Positions 54,154 to 64,000 of a stretch of DNA of 64,000 nt are shown in pieces (the stretch's first letter is position 1; each line of letters starts with the position of its first letter). The stretch covers positions 1,504,001 through 1,568,000 of the forward strand of contig OZ219790.1 in the NCBI GenBank assembly GCA_964291215.2. The letters run 5' to 3'. A model generated the notes under the pieces. The model was not told the DNA's origin. It made no database searches and worked only from the letters and a program-made list of their open reading frames with translations. This DNA comes from Alphaproteobacteria bacterium. Lineage in GTDB: Bacteria > Pseudomonadota > Alphaproteobacteria > MPNO01 > UBA830. A program made the position numbers and the translations under genes.

Positions 54154-55539
54154 ATGGACGGAGCATTTGGCGAGATCCGGGATGCCGTGGACATCCTGAA
54201 GCGGCGTTTCGGCGACCGGCTGACCACCAATGCGAGCGTCTGCGAGCGCCACGGTACCGACGAGTCCTATCATGCGCCCAAGGCACCGGACGCGGTGGTG
54301 TTCCCCGAGACGACTGCGGAGGTGATGGAGATCGTCGATGTCTGCCGGGACCACCGCGCGCCGCTGATCCCCTACGGCGTCGGCACCTCGCTCGAGGGGC
54401 ATATCGCCGCCCTGCATGGCGGGGTCTGCATCGACCTGGGGCGCATGAACGATGTGCTCCGGGTCAATCCCGAGGATCTCGATGTCACGGTCGAGCCCGG
54501 CGTGACGCGCAAGCAGCTCAACGCCTATCTCCGCGACACCGGCCTCTTCTTTCCCATCGACCCCGGCGCCGACGCCACCATCGGCGGCATGACGGCGACC
54601 CGGGCGTCGGGAACCAACGCGGTACGCTACGGCACCATGCGCGAGAACGTGCTCTCGCTGTCCGTCGTGCTCGCCAACGGGTGCCTGATCCGGACCGGCA
54701 CCCGCGCCCGCAAGTCGTCCGCGGGATACGACCTGACCCGCCTCTTCGTAGGTTCGGAGGGCACGCTCGGCATCATCGTCAAGGTCACGCTCAGGCTCTA
54801 CGGCATACCGGCTGCGGTCTCGGCGGCAGTCTGCACCTATCCCACGGTCGACGACGCGGTGCGGACCGTGATCGAGACCATCCAGTCGGGCATCCCGATC
54901 GCGCGGATCGAACTCGTCGACGACATCCAGATGCGCGCGCTCAACAACTTCTCGGGACTCGGCTACCGCGAGCGCTCGACGCTTTTCTTCGAGTTCCACG
55001 GCTCGGAGTCCGGCGTCGCCGAGCAGGTCGAGGATGTGCGCGCGATCAGCGACGGCCATGGCGGAGATGACTTCATGTGGGCATCATCGACCGAGGATCG
55101 CAACAAGCTGTGGCAGGCGCGCCACGACGCACACTATGCCAACATGCAGCTGCGGCCGGGCGCCAAGGCGTGGCCGACCGATGTCTGCGTACCGATCTCG
55201 CGGCTCGCGGAGTGCATCGCGGAGACTCGCGCCGACATCGCCGAATCCGGCCTTCTCGCGCCCATCGTCGGGCATGTCGGCGACGGGAATTTCCACATCG
55301 ACATGGTTCTCGACCCCGAGGACGCGGAAGAGGTGGCGCGGGCGCGGGCGCTCAATGCGCGGCTGGTGTCCCGCGCGCTTGCAATGGAGGGCACCTGCAC
55401 CGGCGAGCACGGCATCGGTTACGGCAAGATGGAGGATCTCGCCGCCGAGCACGGCGACGCCCTCGACGTTATGCGCGGGCTGAAGCAGACGCTCGATCCC
55501 TTCAACCTGATGAACCCCGGAAAGATCGTGACGGTCTGA
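54154..55539 (+). CDS. FAD-linked oxidase, D-lactate dehydrogenase (cytochrome)-like
   Basis: G.GTSLEG, FFPIDPGADATIGGM, KSSAGYDLT.LFVGSEGTLG, GHVGDGNFH, TGEHGIG, MNPGK. Confidence 0.92.
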   Translation: MDGAFGEIRDAVDILKRRFGDRLTTNASVCERHGTDESYHAPKAPDAVVFPETTAEVMEIVDVCRDHRAPLIPYGVGTSLEGHIAALHGGVCIDLGRMNDVLRVNPEDLDVTVEPGVTRKQLNAYLRDTGLFFPIDPGADATIGGMTATRASGTNAVRYGTMRENVLSLSVVLANGCLIRTGTRARKSSAGYDLTRLFVGSEGTLGIIVKVTLRLYGIPAAVSAAVCTYPTVDDAVRTVIETIQSGIPIARIELVDDIQMRALNNFSGLGYRERSTLFFEFHGSESGVAEQVEDVRAISDGHGGDDFMWASSTEDRNKLWQARHDAHYANMQLRPGAKAWPTDVCVPISRLAECIAETRADIAESGLLAPIVGHVGDGNFHIDMVLDPEDAEEVARARALNARLVSRALAMEGTCTGEHGIGYGKMEDLAAEHGDALDVMRGLKQTLDPFNLMNPGKIVTV

Positions 55540-55590
55540 CTGGACGGCGCGCTTCCGCGCGCACCCCTTCTTCACGGAAAAGGCTCGGCC

Positions 55591-56460
55591 ATGCGCTGGA
55601 TGAAGCGGCGGGAGGCATTCCGCGCAGTCCTCGAGGGTGACGACTGCATCTTCCCGGCCTCGGTGTGGGATCCGCTGTCGGCATGCATGGCGGAGGATCT
55701 CGGATTCGAGGCCGGCATGTTCGCGGGATCGGTGGCCTCGCTGGCCGTGCTCGGCGCCCCCGACCTGGTAGTACTCACGCTTTCGGAGTTTGCGGAACAG
55801 GCCTGCCGCATAGGCCGCGCCGCCGAACTGCCGCTGGTCGTCGACGCCGATCACGGCTACGGGAACGCGCTCAATGTCGGACGGACGGTCGAGGAGCTGG
55901 AGATCGCCGGCGTCGCGGCGCTGACCATCGAGGACACCGAATTGCCGCAGCCCTATGGCACGGTGGGCGCGACGCGCCTTCTGTCTGTCGAGGAGCTCGC
56001 CGGCAAGATCGGGGCAGCGCTTGCAGCCCGCCGCGAGCCTGCACTGGCGATCATCGGACGCACGGCGGCTGCCTCGGTGACCGGCATCGAGGACGCGATC
56101 CTGCGCGCCAAGGCGTGTCGGGCCGTCGGCGCGGATGCGCTTTTCTTCACCGGAATCGCCTCCAAGGAAGAGGTCGCGATGATCGATGCAGCTCTCGACG
56201 GGCCGTTCGTCCTCGGCGGAGGCGGTATCGCGGACGCCGGCCGCAACTTTCTCGGGACACACGGCGTCCGGGTCTGCCTTCAGGGGCATCTTCCCATCAG
56301 GGCTGCCGTACAGGCGGCCTGGGACGCGCTGCGCGCGCTACGCGACGGTACGCCGCCCGAAGACCTTGGCGGCATCGCATCCGAGGAGTTGATGAAGCGG
56401 CTGATGCGCGACGCCGATCACAGGGAGCGGATGCGCGCGTTCCTGATGCCGAAGTCCTGA
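55591..56460 (+). CDS. Oxaloacetate decarboxylase-like (ICL/PEP mutase family)
   Basis: PASVWDP.S, AEDLGFE.GMFAGSVASL.VLG.PD, VDADHGYGNALNV.RTV.ELE.AG, TIEDT.LP. Confidence 0.88.
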   Translation: MRWMKRREAFRAVLEGDDCIFPASVWDPLSACMAEDLGFEAGMFAGSVASLAVLGAPDLVVLTLSEFAEQACRIGRAAELPLVVDADHGYGNALNVGRTVEELEIAGVAALTIEDTELPQPYGTVGATRLLSVEELAGKIGAALAARREPALAIIGRTAAASVTGIEDAILRAKACRAVGADALFFTGIASKEEVAMIDAALDGPFVLGGGGIADAGRNFLGTHGVRVCLQGHLPIRAAVQAAWDALRALRDGTPPEDLGGIASEELMKRLMRDADHRERMRAFLMPKS

Positions 56461-56530
56461 GCCGACTGCCGATCCGCCACGCGGCGCAGACAGCGGCACC
56501 GGCGGGCCGAGGCTGACGGCAGACCAGCCC

Positions 56531-58498
56531 CTTTCAACATCCCACACTTATACAGGTATCTCATTCCCGCCTTCTCTCGCCGAGTGCGTCGCGCACCTGG
56601 ATCGCCCGGTGCAGCCGCTCGAGACCCCGCCAGACCTTATTCGTTCCCGGGAGCGATTGCCGCGCGGCAAGAGGCGATCCGACAAGGCGTCCGAGATCGA
56701 TGACCACCGCCCTGATGTCGGGCGCCTTCCCGTTCGCCATCCTCACGACGTTGCGATGACCCTGCGCTTCCGGCAGCGTGTGGAGCAGGCCGATGTCCTC
56801 CTCCGCAAACACCTCGCTCGCCGAGGTCGAGGGATGCTCCCGCGCGAGGACGGTCAGGACGTGGATGGCGAGGCACTTCTTCAGATCGTCGGCCCGCCGG
56901 CGGTCCTTGATCCGGGTCTTCAGCGTGCGGAACCAGGTCTCGATGCGCGTCCGGTACCAGCCGGTCGCCGCATGCACGGCCTCCGCTTGCGCCGGGCGCT
57001 CGGTGGTCAGCAGCGCCTCGTCGCCGTCTCGCTGGCCGCGAACATGGACACAGGCGTCGCCCTCGCGGTGCGGCGGCGCCACCTGTGCGGATCTCGAGAC
57101 GGACAACGCGCTCCTTGCGGGCGCGCGGGCCGCCGGGATCGTCAGCTCCGTCACGGGCCGCGACATGCTCCCGCAGGCACGCCTCGTTGCCGTCCGCACG
57201 CGCTGTCTCGCGCGCACCAGCAGCGCGGCCCTGGCGTCCGCAGCTCCCGGAAGTCGCCCTCGCAGACCACCCGCGTGTCCGGGCAGGCCGCCGCGAGCTC
57301 CCGTGCCCGCCCGGCGACCCGGCTGTCCTCCCCGGGCTCCTGCCGGAAGGCCGCGTCCATCAGGCCCGGGGGCCGGCCCTCCGGCGTCACCGCCAGACCA
57401 GCGAGACCGACACTCCCCTTGCCGCCCCCGTCCGGACCCTTCGTCGACCCCGGGCCGCTGCAGTCGAGTGCTGTCGTGTCCTGTATCGCAAGAGGCTCTG
57501 TCCGACAACGCTCGACGGTCGCCTCGACATGCGCCTCCGGAACGTGCTCCATGGAGATCCTCGGGTTCGACAGCAGGCGGCCTTCTGCTCCGCCTTCTCG
57601 GGAAAGATGACCGGCAGGTCCTCCCCCATGTTCTCCATCCAGGCCCATGTCAACGATGCGCCGCCGCCCGTCGGCGTGCGCCCGTACTCCCGGTCCGCGT
57701 CAGTGCCGTCACAGGCGCCCTCCAGGGCGCCGAGTGGATGTCGCTGTCCCGTGGAGCGCCAGCCGCTCTCCAGCGCCAAGCCCCCTCGCCGCGGCGCCCC
57801 CGCCCGGCCACGGTCCAGCCGGCGCCGTGGCAGCGGTAACCGCTCCGCGCCGACATGAGTACAGGCCGCCACCGGACGCACCGCGGGCCTCCCGATCGTC
57901 GGCGACGCGCTCCGCCGCCATGCGCAGGACCCCAGCCCGCAGACCCGGACGCCGGGAAAAAACCGATGATGGCAGATCACGCGCCTGATGTTGGCGGCGC
58001 GGGCGTCGGCAGACCATCCACTTGTCCCGCGCCCGCCAGGTCGCGAAGCCGATCCCGCGTGCCGTGGTGCTGCGAGCAGACCCGGTAGCGTATCTGGCCG
58101 CCGGGGCGTCCATCCCGGCGGGTGGTGCATCGCCATCATCGCCTCCCGGAGCCGGCGATCGTCGGTGCCGCCCACCGGCGAGACCGGGCCGAGATCCTGC
58201 AGCAGGCAGGCGAGCGTCATCGGACGGGACGGCAGGCACGACGGTCGGGGACGCTCCGCGGCAGCTCGAGACCCACGCGCTCGACGAGCGCCGGCAGCAC
58301 CTGCCGCCGACAGGCACGGACGACCAGGCGCGTTGCGCCAGCCGGTGCGCTCGCAAAGCTCGCGAGCCAGACCGTGACGGGTGGCGGAGCGCGCCGACGA
58401 ACCAGTCAAGTGTCCGTGAATCGAAATGGCGGAGACCGACCTGCATGCCCGCAGCATGCACAAAACGAATCACCTATACAAATCTGACGCTTTGAAAG
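56531..58498 (-). mobile_element. Second IS4-family (Tn5-like) element with DUF4338 domain, degraded
   Basis: Ends CTTTCAA / TTGAAAG as in 5864-10187; TRHGLARELCERTGWRN..G, RAANIRRVICHHRF, EQKAA.RLLSN, IQDTTAL, WYRTRIE.WFRTLK, ADDLKKCLA, LPGT.KVWRGL. Confidence 0.82.
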
Positions 58499-58510
58499 AG
58501 CCGGGGCCGC

Positions 58511-59488
58511 CTATTCGGCGGCGAGGGCGGGGGCCGTGAGTCCGAAGGCGCCGCTCGTTCCGATTCCTGAAGCGTCCATCGCCTGTTCAATACGGCGGAT
58601 TTCGGCTTCGTCGAGCTTGACCAGCGGCGCACGGACGACGGCAGGGCCGGTCATCCGCCCGAGCAGGACCAGGGCTTCCTTCATCCGGTTGTGCATGTCG
58701 CCGAACGGATCGCAGTAGAAGACCTGCGTGGTGTGATAGATGCGCGCCGCGATTTCGCGCGCGGTGCCGAGGTCGTCGTTGCGGACAGCCCGCAACAGCG
58801 CCACATGCAGGTCGGCAATAACCGAGCCCGCGCCCGAAAGGAGGCCGTCAGCCCCCATGACCAGCGACGACATCAGCCAAGCGGAGTTCGTCGACAGCAC
58901 ATTGACCCGCCGCGACAGCCCATGCAGCGTCTGGATGTGGCGGTCGTGGACTTGGGCCGGCGACCAGTCCTTGATCGCCCTGATGTTCGGAACCTCCTCG
59001 CATATCTGCACCAGCGTACCGAGCGGGTAGGCGAGTTCGTTCGCATACTGGAACACGATTATCGGAAGTGACGAGGCGTCGGCGATCGTCTTCATGTGGA
59101 TGACGCCCATTTCGGGACGGTGGCGGATGCCGCCCATGCCGAGCGAATTGGGCGGAAAACACAGCAGCGCCGAGGCGCCTTCGGCCTCGGCCATCCGCGC
59201 AATGCGCGCGGCCTCGAGGCTACCGTCGGCATAGACGCCGCAGATCAGCGGCAGGCGGTCGCCGACCTCCTCGGCCGATTCGGCCATAACGCGCGTCTGC
59301 TCTTCGAACGAACAGGCGTGCACCTCTGAGGCATGGCCGTTGACGGTGATCGCGTCGACGCCGTCGGTGGCTGCGACGAAGGCGAGATGCCGGCGGGTTT
59401 CGGCCCAGTCGAACGCGAAGTCCGCATCGAATGCGGCGAGGGTTGCTGGAATGACACCCTGGGGCACATAGTCCCTGAAACCGGCCAT
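58511..59488 (-). CDS. Dihydrodipicolinate synthase (DapA)-family lyase
   Basis: GVIPA, NGHASE, LPII.FQY, Schiff-base Lys in IRAIKDWS, GADGLLSG, RAPL. Confidence 0.88.
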   Translation of the reverse strand: MAGFRDYVPQGVIPATLAAFDADFAFDWAETRRHLAFVAATDGVDAITVNGHASEVHACSFEEQTRVMAESAEEVGDRLPLICGVYADGSLEAARIARMAEAEGASALLCFPPNSLGMGGIRHRPEMGVIHMKTIADASSLPIIVFQYANELAYPLGTLVQICEEVPNIRAIKDWSPAQVHDRHIQTLHGLSRRVNVLSTNSAWLMSSLVMGADGLLSGAGSVIADLHVALLRAVRNDDLGTAREIAARIYHTTQVFYCDPFGDMHNRMKEALVLLGRMTGPAVVRAPLVKLDEAEIRRIEQAMDASGIGTSGAFGLTAPALAAE

Positions 59489-59669
59489 GATGCCTGCTCC
59501 CTGCTTGCTGGTGGCGGAAACCCTATCGGAAAGCGCGTTTCATGGCAACAAAACGCGACACAAAACGCAGGCCCTGCCGACATGACGCGCGCTTCGGGAA
59601 CGAGGCCTCGAAGAAACCCGTCGGAGTGCCGCCGCTGCGGCGATTCCGGCGGCCCCTGGCCGGACCGCG

Positions 59670-60563
59670 TCATGCGTTCGGGCTGCGGAGGCTCACGCGT
59701 CTTTCCCGATGCCAGACATAGAGGCCGCTTCCGATCACGATTATCGCGCCGGTTACGGTGAATTCGTCCGGAAACTCGCCGAACACGGTGATGCTGATGA
59801 CGGTTACCCATATGAGCTGGGTATAGAGGAACGGCGAGAGGGTCGAGACGGGGGCGACCTCGAACGCGCGGATCAGCAGGTAGTGGCCAAGACCGAACAG
59901 GCAACCGGTGGCGACCATCACTACCCAGGCAAGGGCGTCCGGAGACGACCAGAAGAAGGGAGCGATGCAGGTCATGACGAGGACGCCGACCGCCGAAGTC
60001 CAGAACAGGCTGGTCCGCGTGTCCTCGCTCCGTCCGGCGATGCGCGTCATGATCTGGTAGAGCGCATAGCAGGCGGCGGTCACCAGCGGTAGAACTGCCG
60101 CCCAATGCACGATGCCGAATCCCGGCCGGATGATCACGAGAACACCGCAGAATCCGATCAGGATCGCGATCCAGCGGCGGATGCCCACCCGTTCCCCGAG
60201 GAGCGGGATCGCCAGCGCGGTGACGAGCAGTGGGGCCACGAAATTGATGGCCCCCGCTTCGGGAAGGGAAAGGTACTTCAGCGCGGTAAAGAAGGTCGCG
60301 GTCCCCAGAAGCAGCGTCACCGACCGGGCCAGATGCAGAAAAGGGCGCTTCGTGGCAATCTGGCGCAGCACACCGCCGCGGGAAAAGACCAGCAGGAAGA
60401 TCAGGGCGTGGAAGGTGTAGCGCGCCCAGACGATCTGCACGATCTCGTAGTCGCGGGCAAGGATCTTGACGCATGCTTCGCCGAGGCCGAACAGTCCCGC
60501 GCCGGCACATATCAGCAGGATCCCGAGCGGCGGATTCTCCGCGCGTCGGGCCGTCATCTGCAT
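59670..60563 (-). CDS. DMT/EamA-family transporter
   Basis: 10 TM segments; P.L.T.L....LGERVG.RRW.A...GF.GVL.IIRPG, LSPF.Y.Q; start at 60563 or 60557. Confidence 0.9.
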   Translation of the reverse strand: MQMTARRAENPPLGILLICAGAGLFGLGEACVKILARDYEIVQIVWARYTFHALIFLLVFSRGGVLRQIATKRPFLHLARSVTLLLGTATFFTALKYLSLPEAGAINFVAPLLVTALAIPLLGERVGIRRWIAILIGFCGVLVIIRPGFGIVHWAAVLPLVTAACYALYQIMTRIAGRSEDTRTSLFWTSAVGVLVMTCIAPFFWSSPDALAWVVMVATGCLFGLGHYLLIRAFEVAPVSTLSPFLYTQLIWVTVISITVFGEFPDEFTVTGAIIVIGSGLYVWHRERRVSLRSPNA

Positions 60564-61001
60564 GGAAGGCAGACCTTGGACGGTTTTTGCGCAGAGGCAA
60601 TGCTGTGGGCGGCAGGCGCCGGAGCGCCGTTCAGGATGGCGGCGCCCTGAGCGGATTCCGGATCCGTTGCCGGCATGCCGCCGGAACACTGGCGACCTGC
60701 CAGATATTCCAGGAGGTGTCGGGGCAGTTCGGACAGTGTCGTGTCTCGGAGCGGCGTCATCAAGATTTTCGGCTTTGGATCAGGGCGTCCGGCGGTCATG
60801 TCTTTGCCGACGGCCCTAGCACAAACGGGCGGGCGGGGATCGATGGCTGCCGCAGATCGACCGGAGCGGGTCGACGGGAAACGCTGGCCATGACCGTCCG
60901 AAGGCGCTGTTCGCTATGCTGAATGCCGCTCCGACAGAAAGGACCATATCCGCATGCGCCTGCGATCGCAAGAAACGGCAATTTCCGTACCAGGCGGAAG
61001 A

Positions 61002-61617
61002 GTAATCCTCTCCCGTCGAAGTGGTCCACCCTCAAGTTCAGACGTCCTGACCTCGGCTTTGATTTCTTCCAATCAGGGTGATGCTTCTGGGCCGAGTTTG
61101 CGTGCGTTGTCTGGCAGTTCGTAGATCATGCGGAGGCCGGTTCCGGAGCTTCTTCACCGCCCGCTGCACGGTTGCGCGGCTCACGCCGCCTGCAGATCTC
61201 TTTGAGGAACAGGGTGCCTGGCGATCCGCAGCAGCATCGCCAGCCGGTCGCCCTCATCGTGGCAGGGCTCCATGTTCGAGAAGTAGACGGTCTGTCCGTC
61301 GACATCGGCAAGGGAGAAGCACGAGGTTCCGATGGCTTCAGGAGGGTGAAGCGCGAGCGTGTTCATGGCCGGGATTATCCAATTACAGGCATCATGGTAT
61401 ATTCGGACCATCATGCGGCTATGTTGCCAAGCAAGAACCGGGAAAATCGTTCATTGTGTTGAAAAAAGGGGGCCCGGACTGATCAAGTCAACTCACGAGG
61501 TCAGGACGTCTGAAGTTATGGAAAGAGGAGGACCGACGATAGCAAGGAAACGTTACAAGGCTGAGGAGATCGTGGGGCTGCTGCGGCAGGCAGAGGTCCT
61601 GCACGGGCAGGACATGT
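61002..61617 (+). mobile_element. IS3-family left end and OrfA fragment, interrupted by a MITE-like element and truncated by IS66
   Basis: End GTAATCCTCTCCCGTCGAAGTGGTCCACC; RBS GAGGAGG; ARKRYKAEEIVGLLRQAEVLHGQ. Confidence 0.7.
61039..61512 (-). mobile_element. 474-bp MITE-like deletion derivative of the 37544-40262 element family
   Basis: IRs CAGACGTCCTGACCTCG / CGAGGTCAGGACGTCTG; 5-bp TSD AAGTT (61034-61038, 61513-61517); N-terminal VYFSN.EP fused to C-terminal GLRMIYELP. Confidence 0.85.
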
Positions 61618-62443
61618 GTAAGCGTTCGTTCGTGCGGTGATGACGATCTGCGCTGAGGTTTATTTTGGTGATTCGGAGAAGGGGGGTAATCGGAATTCGG
61701 CTGTACTATCAGGTCGTGCATGGTCATGAGCACCGAGGATTTCGTGTCATCATCGGGTGCGGACGCCGCTGGCGATGTGCCGCAGTCGTCGTGTCGTGAT
61801 TCGGCCACTTGGAAGTCCCGGTACGATCGCGAGCGTATTCGAGCCGAGGCTGCGGAGGGTCGCTGTGAGGAGCTGCGCTTGCAGGAGGTGGAGGGGCGCA
61901 GCCGCACGAATTCCCTGAAGGCGATTTTCGAGAGCAATCGTGAGAAGCTGGTAGCTGCCCGTGCGGAGGTCAGGGAAGTTCGGCGGACGGCGAAGCAGTC
62001 TCTTGCGCTGGAGCAGGAGGTTGCGCGTCTGGGCCAGCTTCTTGCCGAGGCCGGCGTTGATGCGCGGAAGCGGTCGACGGTGGTGTCGCTGCGCATGGAG
62101 AAAGCCTGCCTGAGGGCCGAGACGAAGGCGCTGAAGAAGCGGGTTAGGGCGCTCGAGGCGGAGAACGACAAGCCTCGTTCGAGCAGGTCGTCGAAGAAGG
62201 GGTAGCGGGCGTCATCGAAGCGCGGCCGCGGCCAGCACAGGATGGCGCTCAGCTCCTCCTCCGCAGCGCCGGGACAAAACCGCGACCAATGCGGAAAACA
62301 CGGCATGGCGCCAGTGCTCGCCCAACCTCACCGCGCATCCCGCCCAGCCGTGCACGAAACTGCTCCGGGTGACGCTGGAACTCCCTGACACAAACCCGTC
62401 AAACGGACTGAAACAACACCCCACCGTACCAACGAACGCTTAC
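61618..62443 (+). mobile_element. Internally deleted IS66-family element
   Basis: IRs GTAAGCGTTCGTT / AACGAACGCTTAC; ORF 61720-62205 is a coiled-coil N-terminal fragment; flanks differ (no TSD). Confidence 0.75.
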
Positions 62444-63051
62444 GCACCCGGCGAAACCGCATTGAGCTGAGCTTCGTCCGACAGTTTTGAACTCGCCGGC
62501 CGTGGCGCCGGCACGACCGGTCGGCACTCGACAGACCCCGAACGCTGCGCCCGGCGGCATTTGTTGCCGCTCGCATAGCCCGACCTCGGGCCAAGCGGCC
62601 AGCGACAGCAGAGGACACGCGCACCTCGGGCGCCGGGACAATAGCGAATGCCAATGCGGCCTTGCCCGGCGACGATGGCCGGCCAGATCTGGCCGGCGGT
62701 TGCCGGACAGGAGTTCCGCTGAGTCCCGCCGTCGACATGGGCTGAAAGGGATCCACCGTTTTCGGACCATTGCGGATATCCCGGGAACATTCCGGACGCT
62801 CCCCGACCGTAGGCCATTGCAACGAACGCCGCATTTCGTAGACACCGGGCATTGCATGCGGGCCGCCGCCCGCATCATCCGCCCTGTCCTCGCCACCGAA
62901 CACGCACAACCTGCCTCCGCTTCCCGACGCCTTCCGAAATCCGATCCGCAACCGCACACACCCTGAAGGGCCGCGCCATCTGTCCTCGTGGGCCTTGCTG
63001 CAATACAATTCGGACGGGCCGGACGCGCAGAGCCGCTTGGGGAGAAGGACG

Positions 63052-63738
63052 ATGACTGACCGTTTCGAGGACCACTGCTGGAAGGACATCGTTTCCGCGG
63101 AGATCCTGAAGGTCTACAAACCGTACCGGCGCGAGACCCGGTTCGGCGAACATCCGGCGCTGCTGGCGATCGACCTCTACAATCTCGTCTATCGAGGCGG
63201 AGCCAGAGAGCCCCACGATCTCGTCGATGACTGGCCAAGCACATGCGGACGCCATGCGTGGGACGCGGTCGAACCGACAAAACTCCTGTTTTCCGCCGCC
63301 CGACAGGCAGGCCTGCCCGTCATCTACACGACCGCGCCAACGATGTCGGCCGTGGTCGCCACCAACCGCAGGGTCGGGCACAGCAGCAGTGACGACGACT
63401 ACGGGATATTTGACGAGTTCGCGCCGGACGACACCGACATCCTGATCGTCAAGGAACGGGCAAGCGCGTTCTACGGCACGCCGCTCCTTGCCGAACTGAC
63501 CCGGCGCGGCGTCTCAAGCCTGATCGTCTGCGGCGAAACCACATCGGGCTGTGTCCGCGCCTCGGTGGTGGACGCCTATTCGGCTGGCTTTCATGTGACG
63601 ATCGCCGAGGAATGCGTCTTCGACCGGTCATTGCTTTCCCACAAGGTCAACCTGTTCGATCTCCATCACAAATACGCCGATGTGATGCACACGTCCGAGA
63701 TTCTCGAACACCTGCGGGAGTCGAGCCCCGCGGGGTGA
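63052..63738 (+). CDS. Isochorismatase/cysteine hydrolase family, paralogue of 19361-20047
   Basis: MTDRFEDHCWKDIVS, PALLAIDLY, KERASAFYGTPL, TSGCVRASVVDAYS; same 687-nt length. Confidence 0.9.
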   Translation: MTDRFEDHCWKDIVSAEILKVYKPYRRETRFGEHPALLAIDLYNLVYRGGAREPHDLVDDWPSTCGRHAWDAVEPTKLLFSAARQAGLPVIYTTAPTMSAVVATNRRVGHSSSDDDYGIFDEFAPDDTDILIVKERASAFYGTPLLAELTRRGVSSLIVCGETTSGCVRASVVDAYSAGFHVTIAEECVFDRSLLSHKVNLFDLHHKYADVMHTSEILEHLRESSPAG

Positions 63739-64000
63739 ACGGACCGGTCCGCAGCGCCAAGGCGAGCAGGCGGAATCGCGTCTGGAATCCATCACTCCGT
63801 GTCGCCTGACGGAGGCAGCCCCGTAGCGCGATACCACCATTCGTAGCTCGAGCGGCTCTTCCGGCACACGCAGACTGCAGGCTTTGCCTCTGGCGCCCTC
63901 CCATGATCCGGGACTGGCGCCAACCTGTTTCTTCAGTCGTCGTGGACCAAATTTCCGCCGCCGGAAAACCGCCATGACCGATCGTCAGCAGCAAGGTTCT

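Overview
GC-rich bacterial DNA, most likely alphaproteobacterial judging by the tRNA-Tyr/Gly-tuf-tRNA-Trp-secE-nusG block with divergent rlmB and a DUF3126 gene. Intact housekeeping and catabolic genes alternate with dense clusters of decayed, nested mobile elements. The intact genes include three xanthine-dehydrogenase/CoxL-family Mo enzymes, UbiD, two paralogous isochorismatase-family amidases, Nnr, cofE-cofD-cofC (F420), 5-oxoprolinase, a D-glutamate-cyclase-like protein and oxaloacetate decarboxylase. Highlights read from the sequence: (1) an intact four-gene AlbA_2/Schlafen - dual-OB - DUF488 - DUF488 operon wedged between IS clusters, a candidate uncharacterised defence or nucleic-acid-processing system; (2) an IS110 element with a recognisable bridge RNA whose guide segments match its insertion site and its own circle junction; (3) a group II intron whose EBS1 matches its site in an IS4 transposase and whose catalytic domain V carries an IS5 insertion; (4) a GST with an in-frame UGA at the active-site Cys position and a SECIS-like hairpin (probable selenoprotein); (5) IS66 copies carrying an internally deleted Dam-like methyltransferase and three IS elements carrying DUF4338/Mom-like domains; (6) pervasive micro-deletions concentrated in mobile elements (biology or assembly artefact). 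No CRISPR array, rRNA or prophage was seen. All family assignments come from motif recognition only; no searches were run.
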